Source: an uncultured delta proteobacterium (lineage in GTDB: Bacteria > Desulfobacterota > Desulfomonilia > Desulfomonilales > Desulfomonilaceae). Taken from it: a stretch of 64,000 bases of DNA. Shown here in pieces: positions 31,935-43,184 of this stretch. Positions within the stretch are counted from its first letter, which is position 1. The number at the start of each line of letters is the position of its first letter. The stretch lies in the NCBI GenBank assembly GCA_963789265.1, contig CAWBKB010000001.1:608001-672000 (forward strand). The letters are read 5' to 3'. The position numbers and the translations under genes are program-made. Under the pieces are notes generated by a model. It ran no database searches, had not been told where the DNA came from, and saw only the letters and a list, made by a program, of their open reading frames with translations.

Positions 31935-32331
31935 GGATTTCCCGCCTATGTCGAGTCCGATACATTGTCCGGGCAGGTATTGGACGTGAAGCTTACACGA
32001 AAAAGCTTCAACTTTGGTCCCCTCCTTCTCCGGCAAAGGGAGAGAGAATACATTCCGCCCGGAGGGGCGGGATTGAGGGAGGACGACACCAAATCAATTT
32101 CAACGCTTACAGCGCAGCCAAAGCTGATAGACCATCACTCCAAAAGTTGATGCCGGTCAAGGCCGTCGGGCCGATCGAAGGCCATTATTTGTCACGGCCC
32201 GAAGGGATAACTATCCTCTTTTAGGGTAGTGTTCAGAACTATTAATAAATACCAGAGAGCAGGGCCTCTTGCAAGCCACATTGAAAAAAGGTAACAAGTG
32301 AGTCTCACTCTGACGGAAGAAAGGGAAGGTT

Positions 32332-33798
32332 ATGGCCGATCGGGAGCGAGATCAGGCAATTGACGGCGAATCACAAGCAGAGACGGACGACCCGCAAAAT
32401 GACTTTGCCTCTCTTTTCGAGGCAAGCCGGCACTCTCATGATATGCGCATCCAAAGGGACGCCAAGATAGAAGGGACGATTGTTTCTATCGGCGAGGAAT
32501 GGGTCTTTGTGGATGTCGGCGGTAAGAGTGACGGGACGATAGCCCGTGACGAACTGCTCGACGATAAAGGACAGTTCCACGCCAAGATCGGGGACTCGGT
32601 TACAGCCTATGTGGTTAGTACTCGAGGAGGGGAAATCCTTCTCAGCAGAAAAATGACCGCGGCCGCGTCGGATGACGCCATAAGGGGTGCTCACAGAAGC
32701 GGCATACCGGTTGAAGGCCTTGTAACAGAGGAGCGCAAGGGTGGTTTCAGCGTTACGGTTTTGGGCAAGCAAGCGTTCTGTCCGTATTCGCAAATCGATC
32801 TGAAGTCGACTGGAGTGCCTTCGGATTACATCGGCCAACGGCTCACTTTCAGGATCATCGAATTTTCTGATAGGGGCCGAAATCTGGTATTGTCCCGCCG
32901 GGAAATTCTTGAAGAGGAGCGGCTCAAGACCGTGGCCCAACTCAAAGACACTCTCAGCCCCGGGGATGAGGTCCAGGGAACCGTGCAGAAACTGGCTAAA
33001 TTCGGCGCCTTCGTAGACATCGGCGGCGTGGAAGGGCTCATACCAATGTCTGAGCTCGCTTGGCACAGGGTGGGCGATGCGGCCGAGGTTCTCCATGAGG
33101 GCCAATCAGTGACCGTGAGGATACTTGCGCTGGATTGGGAGAAGAACAGGATTTCTCTGAGCCTGAAACAGACCCTTGAGGATCCCTGGAGTTCGGTTTC
33201 CCGGAGATACAGCGAGCAAACGGTCGTGAGCGGTACCGTGAGCAAGCTCATGAACTTTGGGGCCTTTGTTCAGTTGGAGCCGGGAGTGGAAGGGCTCATT
33301 CACATATCTAATCTAGGCATGGGGCGGAGGATCAATCATCCAAAGGAGGCAGTCTCCGAAGGGGATCAGGTCGAAGTAAAAGTGATCTCCGTCGATCCGG
33401 AAGCCAGGCGTATAGGTCTTGAACTTGTGCTCCAGAGTGCCGAGGGCGAAGGCTCCACCCCTCTCGTCCTCGAAGAGGGAGACGTAGTCACCGGCATAGT
33501 AGATACCGTGAAAGAATACGGCGTATTCGTCAGCCTGCCGGGCGGCAAAACCGGCTTGCTGCATATTTCCGAGGTCGATGACAAGAAGATAGGCGATCTG
33601 AAAAACAAATTTCCCGTAGGATCTTCTGTTAATGTCCAAATCCTTGGAGTTGATCCGGAGACCAAGAAGATCTCGTTGAGCACAAAGAGCCTCCGCGCGA
33701 CCGAGGAACGGGAGCAGTTTAAGGAATTCGCTGGGGGCAAAGGCGGTCGATCCCTGGGGACTCTGGGGGACCTTCTGAAGAACAAGATCAAGAGCTAG
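32332..33798 (+). CDS. rpsA: Ribosomal protein S1-like multi-S1-domain protein
   Basis: Repeated S1 motifs (FGAFVDIGGVEGL, FGAFVQLEPGVEGL, YGVFV) and a TLGDLL tail; may be a paralog. Confidence 0.8.
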   Translation: MADRERDQAIDGESQAETDDPQNDFASLFEASRHSHDMRIQRDAKIEGTIVSIGEEWVFVDVGGKSDGTIARDELLDDKGQFHAKIGDSVTAYVVSTRGGEILLSRKMTAAASDDAIRGAHRSGIPVEGLVTEERKGGFSVTVLGKQAFCPYSQIDLKSTGVPSDYIGQRLTFRIIEFSDRGRNLVLSRREILEEERLKTVAQLKDTLSPGDEVQGTVQKLAKFGAFVDIGGVEGLIPMSELAWHRVGDAAEVLHEGQSVTVRILALDWEKNRISLSLKQTLEDPWSSVSRRYSEQTVVSGTVSKLMNFGAFVQLEPGVEGLIHISNLGMGRRINHPKEAVSEGDQVEVKVISVDPEARRIGLELVLQSAEGEGSTPLVLEEGDVVTGIVDTVKEYGVFVSLPGGKTGLLHISEVDDKKIGDLKNKFPVGSSVNVQILGVDPETKKISLSTKSLRATEEREQFKEFAGGKGGRSLGTLGDLLKNKIKS

Positions 33799-33810
33799 AG
33801 GAGGCTTCGC

Positions 33811-34804
33811 TTCGGGAATAATTAGTATAAAAGGGATTACCAAGAAATTTGGAGACCTGACCGCTCTGGGAAGCATAAACCTGGAGATCGAACCGGGCGA
33901 GCTTTTCGGTCTTCTCGGACCAAATGGCGCCGGTAAGACCACATTGATCTCCATACTTTCTACAATGCTTTCAGCCACATCCGGCGCGGCGACGGTCTGC
34001 GGGCATGATGTGCGCCGCGAACAAGACGCGGTCCGCCAGTGCATCGGCATAGTATTTCAGGACCCGAGTCTGGATGACGATTTGACGGGCGAAGAGAATC
34101 TAGATTTCCACGGCCGGCTTTATGGAATGGACTCTCGTACTCGTCGTTCCCGGATAAGCGAGGTCCTTAGCCTGGTGGATCTCGAAGACCGCAGTCGTGA
34201 CTTGATCAAGACCTATTCGGGCGGGATGCGACGTCGCCTGGAAATCGCGCGCGGCTTAATGCACAGGCCCAGAGTGCTTTTTCTCGACGAACCCACCCTT
34301 GGGTTGGACCCTCAGACCAGGAGGAAAATCTGGAACTACATCAGAAGTCTGAAGAACTCTTACGGCATGACCGTCATATTGACGACCCACTACATGGACG
34401 AGGCGGATCAGCTCTGCTCTCGAATTGCGGTTATAGATCGCGGCGCGATCGTCGCTTTGGATAGTCCGGAGGCGCTGAAAGCGAGTCTCGGCGGAGACGT
34501 GCTTGAATTGGATATTGTTGCACCACATCAATCATTTATAGATCAGATCGAGACTCTGGAAGAAGTGGATCACATTTCCGTACAGAACGGCAAAGTAGCT
34601 CTAACTGTTAGAAACGGGGAATCTTTCATCCCTCGTGTATTTGAAGCAGCTCAGGCCGCGGGAGTTGAGATATCATCCGTGTCGATGCGCAAGCCTAATC
34701 TGGAAGATATCTTTCTCAGCCTCACCGGCCGGGAAATTCGAGACGAACGGATCAGCGAGCCCAAGGAGCGCATGAGGATCTTTCTGGGGGCGCGAAGACG
34801 ATGA
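33811..34804 (+). CDS. DrrA/NodI-type ABC exporter ATPase
   Basis: The frame is open upstream of 33944 and includes Walker A GPNGAGKT, then YSGGM and FLDEPT. No canonical start follows RBS AGGAGG (33799). Confidence 0.88.
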
Positions 34805-35556
34805 AGTTTGCCTCTACCATATACACTCTCTGGCTAAGGGAGCTAACGAAGTTTCAAAGGAACCGCAGCCGCCTTATCGGATCTATGGCGCAGCCCGCGC
34901 TATTTCTCGTAGTATTGGGGATGGGTTTCGGAGGGTATTTCCGTTATAGTACCAATATCTCATACATGCAGTTTATAGGACCGGGGGTGGTCGCAATGAC
35001 ACTGCTCTTTTCTTCCATGTTCGGAGGATTGAGCGTCCTGTGGGACAAGCAGTTCGGCTTCCTGAAAGAGATCTTGGTAGCCCCGGTAAGCCGAATCGGT
35101 ATCATGGCAGGAAAAACCCTTGGAACTGTTACAACTTCGATGGCACAAGCACTGGTCTTCGTTATCGCTATGCTTGCGTGCAATCTGATCAAAGTGGATG
35201 CAGCGGGATTTTTGCTCGCGCTATTGTTCATGTTCCTCATTTCAGCCTCATTCGTCAGTTTGGGCATAGCCTTCGCGGCGCGAATGAGTGATCCACACGG
35301 ATTCCAATTGGTTATGAACTTTCTCATCATGCCCGTGTTCTTTCTCTCGGGGGCGTTATTTCCGCTGGACAAGATACCTCGGTGGCTTAAGATACTCACT
35401 CAACTAAATCCGCTCACCTATGGAGTGGACGGGATGCGCTTCGCTCTAGGCGGGCCGCACCAGCTTTCTCCTCTTTCGAATCTCGCAGTTCTAAGCGGCT
35501 TCTGGTTCGTATCAACACTAGTCGGGGCGTTGCTGTTCCGAAAGATGCCTGCATAA
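34801..35556 (+). CDS. ABC-2 type permease
   Basis: GFLKEILVAPVSR, FLSGALFP, NPLTYGVD. Confidence 0.92.
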   Translation: MKFASTIYTLWLRELTKFQRNRSRLIGSMAQPALFLVVLGMGFGGYFRYSTNISYMQFIGPGVVAMTLLFSSMFGGLSVLWDKQFGFLKEILVAPVSRIGIMAGKTLGTVTTSMAQALVFVIAMLACNLIKVDAAGFLLALLFMFLISASFVSLGIAFAARMSDPHGFQLVMNFLIMPVFFLSGALFPLDKIPRWLKILTQLNPLTYGVDGMRFALGGPHQLSPLSNLAVLSGFWFVSTLVGALLFRKMPA

Positions 35557-35617
35557 GGAGACTGTAGCCGGTTTCCTCAGTTCAAACACCAGGCTGAGCG
35601 TGCAAAGGGAACCACTG

Positions 35618-36169
35618 ATGAAAATAGCTTTTGACATAGACGGCGTCGTCCTAAGATCCATCGAAGTGATACTGGAATACATCAACAGCACAACCAGACG
35701 ACACCTGGTCCCGGACGATCTATTTGGCTGGGAGCTGGAGCCCCTTGGATTGGATCTGGGGACGCTGCGGCAGGCGGTGGATTACATGTATTCTCAGCGG
35801 ACGATTGAACCGTACGACGGTGCAGTGAAGGTCCTTTCCCGGATCTACAGTACCACAGGAGAGCCTCTGTTATTCATCACGGGACGTGCAACTCCCCAAA
35901 CGGCTCAACGCCAGCTCGAGGCGCTTCCGTGGAATCCCACCGTGCCTGAAATGATCGTGACAGGAGGAAACAGGGATAAACGCGACTACCTGAGCCGGGA
36001 AAACGCCAACTTTATAGTGGAGGACGATGTGGAGTACGTAAAAGCCTATTTGGACGAAGGAATTGGAGTGGGGCTGATGCTTCAACCCTGGAATCGGCTC
36101 TCCAAACTGCCGGTTACGACGAAATTTCGGGGCTGGCAGGACTTGGAGCAGTGGTTCTTCACGCTTTAG
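35618..36169 (+). CDS. HAD-superfamily hydrolase (5'(3')-nucleotidase-like)
   Basis: FDIDGV, FITGR, IVEDD, QPWN. Confidence 0.8.
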   Translation: MKIAFDIDGVVLRSIEVILEYINSTTRRHLVPDDLFGWELEPLGLDLGTLRQAVDYMYSQRTIEPYDGAVKVLSRIYSTTGEPLLFITGRATPQTAQRQLEALPWNPTVPEMIVTGGNRDKRDYLSRENANFIVEDDVEYVKAYLDEGIGVGLMLQPWNRLSKLPVTTKFRGWQDLEQWFFTL

Positions 36170-36176
36170 AGCTTGC

Positions 36177-36204
36177 TTGACATGAAACCTGCCGAACATA
36201 GAAT
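36177..36204 (+). promoter_or_regulatory. Sigma70-like promoter of the pspA-like gene
   Basis: TTGACA-16 bp-TAGAAT. Confidence 0.55.
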
Positions 36205-36273
36205 AAAGATAAGTGATATCCTGATTATCGTTGATTTCTAATCGGTTGGAGTAACCATGAGGGAGGGAGCAAA

Positions 36274-37021
36274 ATGAGTTTCTTTGGAAACCTCTGGGCA
36301 ATGATCCGGGGCATCTTTATCGGGGCCGGAGACGACATGGTGTCTTCGAGTCCTGAAGCCATCAGGGCCACGTACGCAACCGCAATTGACGAGGCCAAGA
36401 GGCGTTACAAGGACATGGAAAAAGCTGTTGCGCTGCTTGCCCGAGAGAGAGAAAAGACGGAGATGATCCTCAAAGACCTCCAAAAGGAGGAACTGGAGAC
36501 TCAGAGGAAGCTGGACGGAGCTCTCGCGGCTGCTGAAGGTGAGCCTCAAAACCCGGCTCATCGTGAAGCGGGAGTCAGGTACATTGCCCGTATGAGAGAG
36601 ATCGATGAGAAAGAGACAAAGTTGACGGAAGACCTGGAAGTTCAGAAGAACAAAGTCGAAGAGTATAAGATGAAACTCCGCTCCTTCACCGATGAAATCG
36701 AGAACCTCAAAAAAGAACAAGGCGAAATGGTGGCTGAGCTAATCTCCAACCAGCAAGTACGACAGCTCGAAAACAGACTCCGCGGTCTCGGGAGAATCCG
36801 CGGTTGATGAATCCATAGTGGCTATCAGGGATAAGGTCGCGGGATTACGCCAACAAGCAAAGATTGCCGCGGAAATGCGAGGGGCCGGACTGGGCACCCA
36901 AGATGCAGCCTACGAGCGGATAGGCGCGGAACGCGAGGCAGCGTCGCGGTTTGACGAGCTGTTAAAAGCGCGGGCCGCAGCCAAAGTCGGGGTTCCGGAA
37001 AAAGAAAGAGATCTTGGTTGA
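36274..37021 (+). CDS. PspA/IM30-family protein (frameshift ~36791)
   Basis: Amphipathic N-terminus MSFFGNLWAMIRGIF, SPEAI, long coiled coil. Removing one G joins LGESAVDESIVAIRDKV. Confidence 0.78.
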
Positions 37022-37031
37022 AAGGGTTGGA

Positions 37032-37240
37032 GAAACTGTCTCAAAATTCTTGAACTGGACGCAATCGTAACACGAAATTCCCTCACCCTTACTCTCTCCC
37101 AAAGGGCGAGGGAACGCTAATAGAGACCTTGGATCAGCTCCCTCTCCCTCTGAGAGAGGGCTGGGGTGAGGGCACCGAAAATGCTGACAGGCTTAATCGT
37201 GGCACGATTCTGGACATCAAATTAGTTTTGAGACAGTTTG
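37032..37240. mobile_element. MITE, IS1182-like ends
   Basis: GAAACTGTCTCAAAA/TTTTGAGACAGTTTG; 4-bp TSD TGGA. Confidence 0.88.
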
Positions 37241-37336
37241 TGGATGCCGGCCCCGCCACCTAGTAGTTTCAGTTTCGGAGATTGCTCTTGGGAATTTTTG
37301 TAAGCTCCGACGCGGTCGCTCACACGAAGAGGGTTT

Positions 37337-39078
37337 ATGAACGAGGATCACCCACAACCTCCCGGATTCGCTAAACGCATAATCGAAAAATATGTTTCGG
37401 CTGAGTCTAATACATTTATCGTCTACGGAAATACTAAAGACATATACCCTGTATCAACAGACCATTACCTCCCGTTGGTCGATTTCTTAGTTCAAGCACT
37501 CATAAAACCTTACAAGGCAGGTTCTCCCAGGATAGTCGTTCTGTACGATCCGGCAGGCGGAATATCTTCTCAAATCCCCTGGATATGCGCCTCATCGGTA
37601 GCGAAATCGGGGAGGACCGCCTGGGAAGAATCTTGTCATCCGCGCGCGCTGACATCGTCACGGCATTGGCGGCGCTGCGCGAATTCACTCGCTTGAGCGT
37701 AATGGTCCCCCTTGAAGGAGACCCGGCGAAAAAGGTTCGCAAAGACTTTGCCGTGATCATACGCTACGGCGAAGCGGTGGCCCCTCCATCAAGAGGGGAG
37801 ATGATGTTGGATTCCGATAGACTCAAAGTGATAACACTGGAGAACTGGTTTACCGATAGTGCCTTTGTAGCATCCTCGGACATTGTCTTTGTCGTGAGCG
37901 AAACATTGCATGGAATTAGCGAACGAATTGTGGACCTGCCGTACTGCTCGGCCATCAAAATCGACAGGCCGGATGAAGATCAAAGAAGGAAGTACATCGA
38001 GTATCTGATAAAAGAAGATAAGATCCAAACGGCCGTCGAGCCCCGGCAAATAGCTTATAACTGCGCAGGGCTCTCGCTGCTTTCCATGAGACAAATCTTT
38101 CGACAGGGAGCGTACAAAGCTCAACCTCTCACGCCCGAACTTGTCTTCGAGAAGACCAAAGAAATCATCGAGAAGGAGTTGGAGGGGCATATCGAGTTCC
38201 CGGTTCTCAACTACGGCTTCGAAAGAATTATTGGCGCTTCAAAGCTGTTGAAGAAACTGAGTGAATTGAAAAGCTGCATCAGAGGCGACAATCCGGAAGT
38301 CATGCCCGTGGGGATATTGGTGGCCGGAGCCAATGGTGTGGGAAAGACTTTCATATACAAGGCCTTTGCAAAGGAGTGCGGCTGGGTAGCAGTGGTACTC
38401 AAGAATATTCGCGGGCCGTATGTCGGCCAGACCGAAAAGAACTGGGAGAGAATACGATCGGTGCTGGAAGCCATGGGAAACGTGATGGTCCTCTACGACG
38501 AGGCTGACACCGAAATCGGCGGCCGCAGCGCTCAAACTCACGAAGTGGATCGACGGCTGTTCGGAAACATTCTCAAAATGATGTCCGATCCCGGCAATCG
38601 TGGGAAGATTATCTGGATCATTATTACTGCGCGGCCTGATCGCTTAGAGCCGGATATAAAACGATCGGGCCGAGCCGGAGATCATCTCCCCGTGTTTGAC
38701 AATGAGGGCGAGGAGAGAGAGATTTTCATCAAGTATGTTCTGGCCCAAGCCGGCATAGCGCTGGAAAAGTTCTCCCCCGAACAATACGACGACTTTCTAC
38801 GGCTCACTTCCGAGTATTATCCCGCGGACTTCGACCAGCTTCTCACACAACTGAGACGCCGCAAGCTTGTGGAAGGAGACCTCATCCCCGAAATGGTCAT
38901 CGACGAAGTCAAAGACTTCATTCCTTCGGATGTCGCCCGCCAACGGGAGTATCAGGAGCTTCTAGCCGCACTGGAATGCACGTCCCGTGAATTGCTCCCC
39001 AGCCGGTATGCACGGCTGTCGCGTGAATCCATCGAAAAAAGGGTCCGTGAAATCCGGGCCGGCATGGGTGATGCATAA
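37337..39078 (+). CDS. Classical-clade AAA+ ATPase (frameshift ~37565)
   Basis: Walker A GANGVGKT, pore loop PYVGQTE, Walker B VLYDEAD, SRH TARPDRLEPDIKRSGR. Confidence 0.88.
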
Positions 39079-40133
39079 TGCTGGTGCTGGGTATAGAAAC
39101 GTCTTGCGACGAGACCGCTGCCGCGGTGGTCGAATCGGGTACAAAGGTGCTTTCGGATGTGGTGGTTTCCCAGATTGACGTGCACAAAGAGTATGGAGGC
39201 GTGGTACCGGAGTTGGCTTCCAGGAAGCATATCGAAGCCATTTCCTTAGTAATAGAGCAAGCTTTTCATGATGCCCGGATCGAACCCAAAGATATTAACG
39301 GGATCGGAGTCACCCGCGGGCCCGGTCTGATTGGATCTTTGCTCGTAGGCATCAGTGCGGCAAAAGGCATGGCCCTTGCTCTGAGCTGTCCGCTTTGTGG
39401 AGTGAATCACCTCCACGGCCATTTATTTGCAGCGTTTCTCGAACGCAGTGATATAACTTTTCCGTTTGTGGGTCTGGTCGTTTCGGGGGGACACACAAGT
39501 CTTTACGATGTCCGGGGGCCGCTCGATATACGCCCGATCGGTAAAACTCGGGACGATGCTGCGGGCGAAGCCTTCGACAAGGTAGCCAAACTGCTGGGAC
39601 TTGGATATCCTGGGGGAAGAGTAATTGAAGAGCAGGCGCGAGGCGTTGAACCCGGCGCGATCCACTTTCCCAGAGCCCTTATGGAGAAGGACAACCTGGA
39701 TTTCTCGTTCTCCGGGCTCAAGACCGCGGTATTGCGTCAGTCCGAGAAAATGTTCGGCATTTCGCAAAGAAATGACATCCCGGGCAGCTTCCATCCGGTT
39801 GTAGCGCCGGAGGAAGTCGGTGAAACGAGCGCGGGAATTCGAGCTATAGCGGCCGCGTTTCAAGATGCAGTAACTGATGTGCTCGTAGCAAAGGCGTTCA
39901 ATGCCGCTCAGATGTACCGGGTGGATAAGCTCATTATTTGCGGAGGCGTCGCGGCCAACGGAGAGTTGAGAAAAAAGATGGGTCTCGAAGGAACACGCCG
40001 CGGTATAGAGCCGATCTTTCCGTCTCCGAGACTGTGTACTGATAACGCGGCCATGATCGCGGCCCGTGCTGATACGCTCCTTGGCGCAGGGATGGTGGAT
40101 GATTTGAACTTTGGCGCTATAAGCCGCTGGTGA
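39078..40133 (+). CDS. tsaD: tRNA N6-threonylcarbamoyltransferase
   Basis: LGIETSCDET, GGVVPELASRKH, HLHGH, SGGHT, DDAAGEAFDK, CTDNAAMI. Confidence 0.97.
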   Translation: MLVLGIETSCDETAAAVVESGTKVLSDVVVSQIDVHKEYGGVVPELASRKHIEAISLVIEQAFHDARIEPKDINGIGVTRGPGLIGSLLVGISAAKGMALALSCPLCGVNHLHGHLFAAFLERSDITFPFVGLVVSGGHTSLYDVRGPLDIRPIGKTRDDAAGEAFDKVAKLLGLGYPGGRVIEEQARGVEPGAIHFPRALMEKDNLDFSFSGLKTAVLRQSEKMFGISQRNDIPGSFHPVVAPEEVGETSAGIRAIAAAFQDAVTDVLVAKAFNAAQMYRVDKLIICGGVAANGELRKKMGLEGTRRGIEPIFPSPRLCTDNAAMIAARADTLLGAGMVDDLNFGAISRW

Positions 40134-40238
40134 AAAACCTGACGCTCCATTTGGAGGAGCAAAACATCACGGTTCATGAAAGATTCGGAGAGATTTCGTG
40201 TACGGAACGCTGCAAGACGCAGGGTTGGGCCAGGCTTA

Positions 40239-40388
40239 TAGTCGTTGCCAAAAGTAATGACCTGTTCACCACCCGTCACCCCGGCGAAGGCCGGGGTCCA
40301 GAACATATTGAAAAGACTGGATTCCGGCCTCCGCCGGAATGACGGTGTCAGGCTACCTCTAATCGGACAAAACTTTTGGCAATGGGTA
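40239..40388. mobile_element. 150-bp TA-targeting MITE (copy of 15401-15550)
   Basis: TIRs, TA duplication, 4 mismatches to the other copy. Confidence 0.9.
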
Positions 40389-40498
40389 TAAACCAGTAGG
40401 ATGGGCGTCTCGCCCGTCGATTCTTTGTGTGTGGCAAGATGCCCACCAGGTTAATCAAGCGGCGGGCAATGCCCATCCCACTAAGATGCCGGCAGGAA

Positions 40499-40755
40499 GA
40501 AACTGTCTCAAAATCGAGGCATAAGAGGAATTTGTAGCACGATGCCCCCTTGCCCGGCAATCCCGCGTTTTCTCGTTCCCAGGCTTTGCCTGGGAATGCC
40601 TATCGCGAGGCTCTGCCTCGCCTATGAGGGTGAAATAAAATTAGTTTGCGGGCAGAGCCCGCGAGATATGGGTTCCCAGGCGGAGCTTGGGAACCAGAAC
40701 TCTGGCGGCTTTCATAGCAAGATCTCGACCTGGTCCGCACTTTTGAGACAGTTTC
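40499..40755. mobile_element. MITE, IS1182-like ends, with different REP cargo
   Basis: Perfect TIR GAAACTGTCTCAAAA/TTTTGAGACAGTTTC; cargo GTTCCCAGGCTTTGCCTGGGAA hairpins. Confidence 0.85.
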
Positions 40756-40819
40756 TTTGGCACCGGGTTGCCTTTAGAGGACATCTGAGGATATCTACAA
40801 AATCTGTATGGAGAGAATC

Positions 40820-41342
40820 ATGAAAGAATTCAAGAAGAGGGTCCTGTACGACGGCCCAACCATTGCTCAAAGGGTCAAGGAGATCGCTAAGGAGATCTCG
40901 CTGAAGTACCCGGACGGCAATGTTGTCCTGATAGGTATCCTTAAGGGGTCTTTCATCTTCATGGCGGATTTGTGCCGCAACCTCGATGTGTCCTGCAAGG
41001 TCGATTTTGTGCGCATCTCATCTTACGGGGAGGAAACAGTCAGCAGCGGCAAGCTCGATATCATCATGGACATAGGAATACCCGTTCGAGAGAAGCACGT
41101 GATTCTCGTGGACGACATAGTTGATTCCGGGCTTACCCTCAGTGAGTACCGTCAGTCGTCTAGAACAGCAACATCCGCTTTCACTGGAGACCGCCGCGTT
41201 GATAGACAAGACCTGTAGGCGGGAAAGGCACGTGCAGCTTGATTATTGCGGCTTTTGCGTGGAAGACGGCTTCATTGTGGGATACGGACTTGATTGTAAC
41301 GAGCAGTACCGCAATCTCCCGGGGCTCTACATCCTGGAATAG
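40820..41342 (+). CDS. hpt: Hypoxanthine phosphoribosyltransferase (frameshift ~41153)
   Basis: ILKGSFIFMADL, VDDIVDSGLTL, FIVGYGLD, YRNLP. Confidence 0.92.
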
Positions 41343-41411
41343 TATTCGGATGATCGCCGGCGGCCGGGACATTTTCCTCAATCCCCTTTCGCCTGAGAGA
41401 GAAGTCTGGAA

Positions 41412-42416
41412 TTGCAGCCTTCCAACCCCCTTAAGAATGCTCTTATAGGCATAGCATGCGTGCTAATCGCCGGGACGGTAGGTTATCGGCTCATCGAGGG
41501 CTGGTCGTTTCTCGACGGTTTTTATATGACGGTCATTACTATTACCACCATCGGTTTCACGGAAGTTCATCGCCTCACCGTGGCGGGGAAGATTTTTACC
41601 CTGTTCATCATATTCACGGGAATAGGCGTTGTGGGCTATGCGATGTTCACGGGCAGCAAATTGGTAGTCGAAGGGGAACTCAACAAGATTTTCACGAGGC
41701 GGCGATCCATGAAGGCTATAGAAAAACTCAAAGATCACTACATCGTCTGCGGGTTCGGACGCATGGGCTCCTTTATCTGCGATCAACTCCACGCCAGGGG
41801 AATTCCTTTCGTAGTCGTGGAGGAAAAGGTCGAGATCCAGGACAAGATTGTGCGCGCGGGGTACTATTTGTCTCCTGGGGACGCCACAGAGGAAGATGTT
41901 CTGCTGGCTGCGAGCATCAAGACCGCAAAAGGATTGGTGTCGGTGCTGAAGTCGGACGCGGCCAATGTTTATGTGGTGCTCACTGCCCGTGAGCTGAACC
42001 ACGAACTTGAGATTATCGCCCGCTCCTCTGAGGAATCCGCTCGTAGCAGGTTGCTTCGAGCGGGCGCGACCCGCGTTATTAGCCCTCATCAAATTGGTGG
42101 AATGCGGATGGTCATGGGGATTGTTAAGCCGACTGTCATGGATTTTCTGCAAGTGGCTATGGACTATCAAGAGATGGACGTCGATCTCGCCGAAGTCCGA
42201 GTTGCAGCCAATTCTGTCTACAGCGGCAAGAAGCTTGTACATACCGACATACGCAAGGAACTGAATTTAATCATCATCGCAGTAAAAAAGAGAGATGGTA
42301 AGATGGTCTTCAATCCCGGACCACACACCGTCATCCACGATGACGACACTTTGATAGCTATGGGCAAGAGAAAAGATCTCGAAGTTTTTGAAAACAAAGC
42401 GGGGATCGGCTCGTAG
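41412..42416 (+). CDS. Potassium channel with RCK (TrkA-N/C) domains
   Basis: TITTIGF filter, HYIVCGFGRMG, GDAT, FNP. Confidence 0.92.
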   Translation: MQPSNPLKNALIGIACVLIAGTVGYRLIEGWSFLDGFYMTVITITTIGFTEVHRLTVAGKIFTLFIIFTGIGVVGYAMFTGSKLVVEGELNKIFTRRRSMKAIEKLKDHYIVCGFGRMGSFICDQLHARGIPFVVVEEKVEIQDKIVRAGYYLSPGDATEEDVLLAASIKTAKGLVSVLKSDAANVYVVLTARELNHELEIIARSSEESARSRLLRAGATRVISPHQIGGMRMVMGIVKPTVMDFLQVAMDYQEMDVDLAEVRVAANSVYSGKKLVHTDIRKELNLIIIAVKKRDGKMVFNPGPHTVIHDDDTLIAMGKRKDLEVFENKAGIGS

Positions 42417-42586
42417 GGCGGGAGATGTCGCGCCCATCGCAACGCCGGTGACACCGTATGCAATTGGTTCATCATGTCCAGAGTTGTTAAGATTTCCGGG
42501 ATTACGCAGATGTCAGTCTTGACACGCCGGCTGTGTCAGTTGACTATGTAATTTGTAGTCGAAGAGGCCGGTTCAAAGGTGCAGTC

Positions 42587-42931
42587 GTGGACGGAACAGA
42601 TACTTCACTCGATCCGATGATCGAGGAAATTGTCCGGGCAGTGGTGGACGCCGTGGCCCCGGAACAGATCATACTTTTCGGGTCATCCGTCCGCGACGAG
42701 CGAGGGCCGGACTCCGACGTGGACCTGCTCGTTGCAGAAAAGGAAGCCTCGTTTCATCACGGCTCTCGATGGGCGGAATCCGGCCGCATACGCAGGGCTC
42801 TATGGAAATTCCCGGTTCCCATCGACGTGCTCATTTTCACTCCCGAAGAAGTGGACGAGTGGAAGCATGGGACCAATCACGTTATAGCGCGCTCCCGGAG
42901 AGAGGGAAGGGTGGTCTATGACCGGGCATGA
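42587..42931 (+). CDS. Minimal nucleotidyltransferase (MNT antitoxin)
   Basis: ILFGS...DSDVDLLV; EGRVVY tail overlapping the next start. Confidence 0.88.
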   Translation: MDGTDTSLDPMIEEIVRAVVDAVAPEQIILFGSSVRDERGPDSDVDLLVAEKEASFHHGSRWAESGRIRRALWKFPVPIDVLIFTPEEVDEWKHGTNHVIARSRREGRVVYDRA

Positions 42932-42990
42932 AGAAGCCCAGAGGATGCTTGCCGTAGCCGGGATCGATTTGAAAACCTTGCGCGGGGGGT
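42918..42990 (+). pseudogene. Truncated HEPN-domain gene
   Basis: MTGHEEAQRMLAVAGIDLKTL resembles the first HEPN helix; it breaks at the GGGGTCA repeat. Confidence 0.55.
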
Positions 42991-43010
42991 CATTAAGGGG
43001 TCACCCCAAA

Positions 43011-43122
43011 GGCATTGCTTTTTGCAGCAGGGAACTCGCAGCTCAGGTTGAGCTCCATTACTCGACAGTGAGTGGGACCGGACGGCACGAAAAGTGTAAG
43101 TCAAGACACAAGTCCTGGCCCC
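43011..43122 (+). pseudogene. Remnant of an HTH-tailed Y1 (RAYT-like) transposase 3' end
   Basis: RELAAQVELHYSTVS followed by CAAG.CCTGGCCCC; homologous remnant at 56632-56741. Confidence 0.5.
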
Positions 43123-43184
43123 AATTCCATTCATCGACCCCACCTCACTGGATGCGTAGTATAGAACAAAAGGTGAATTGATAC

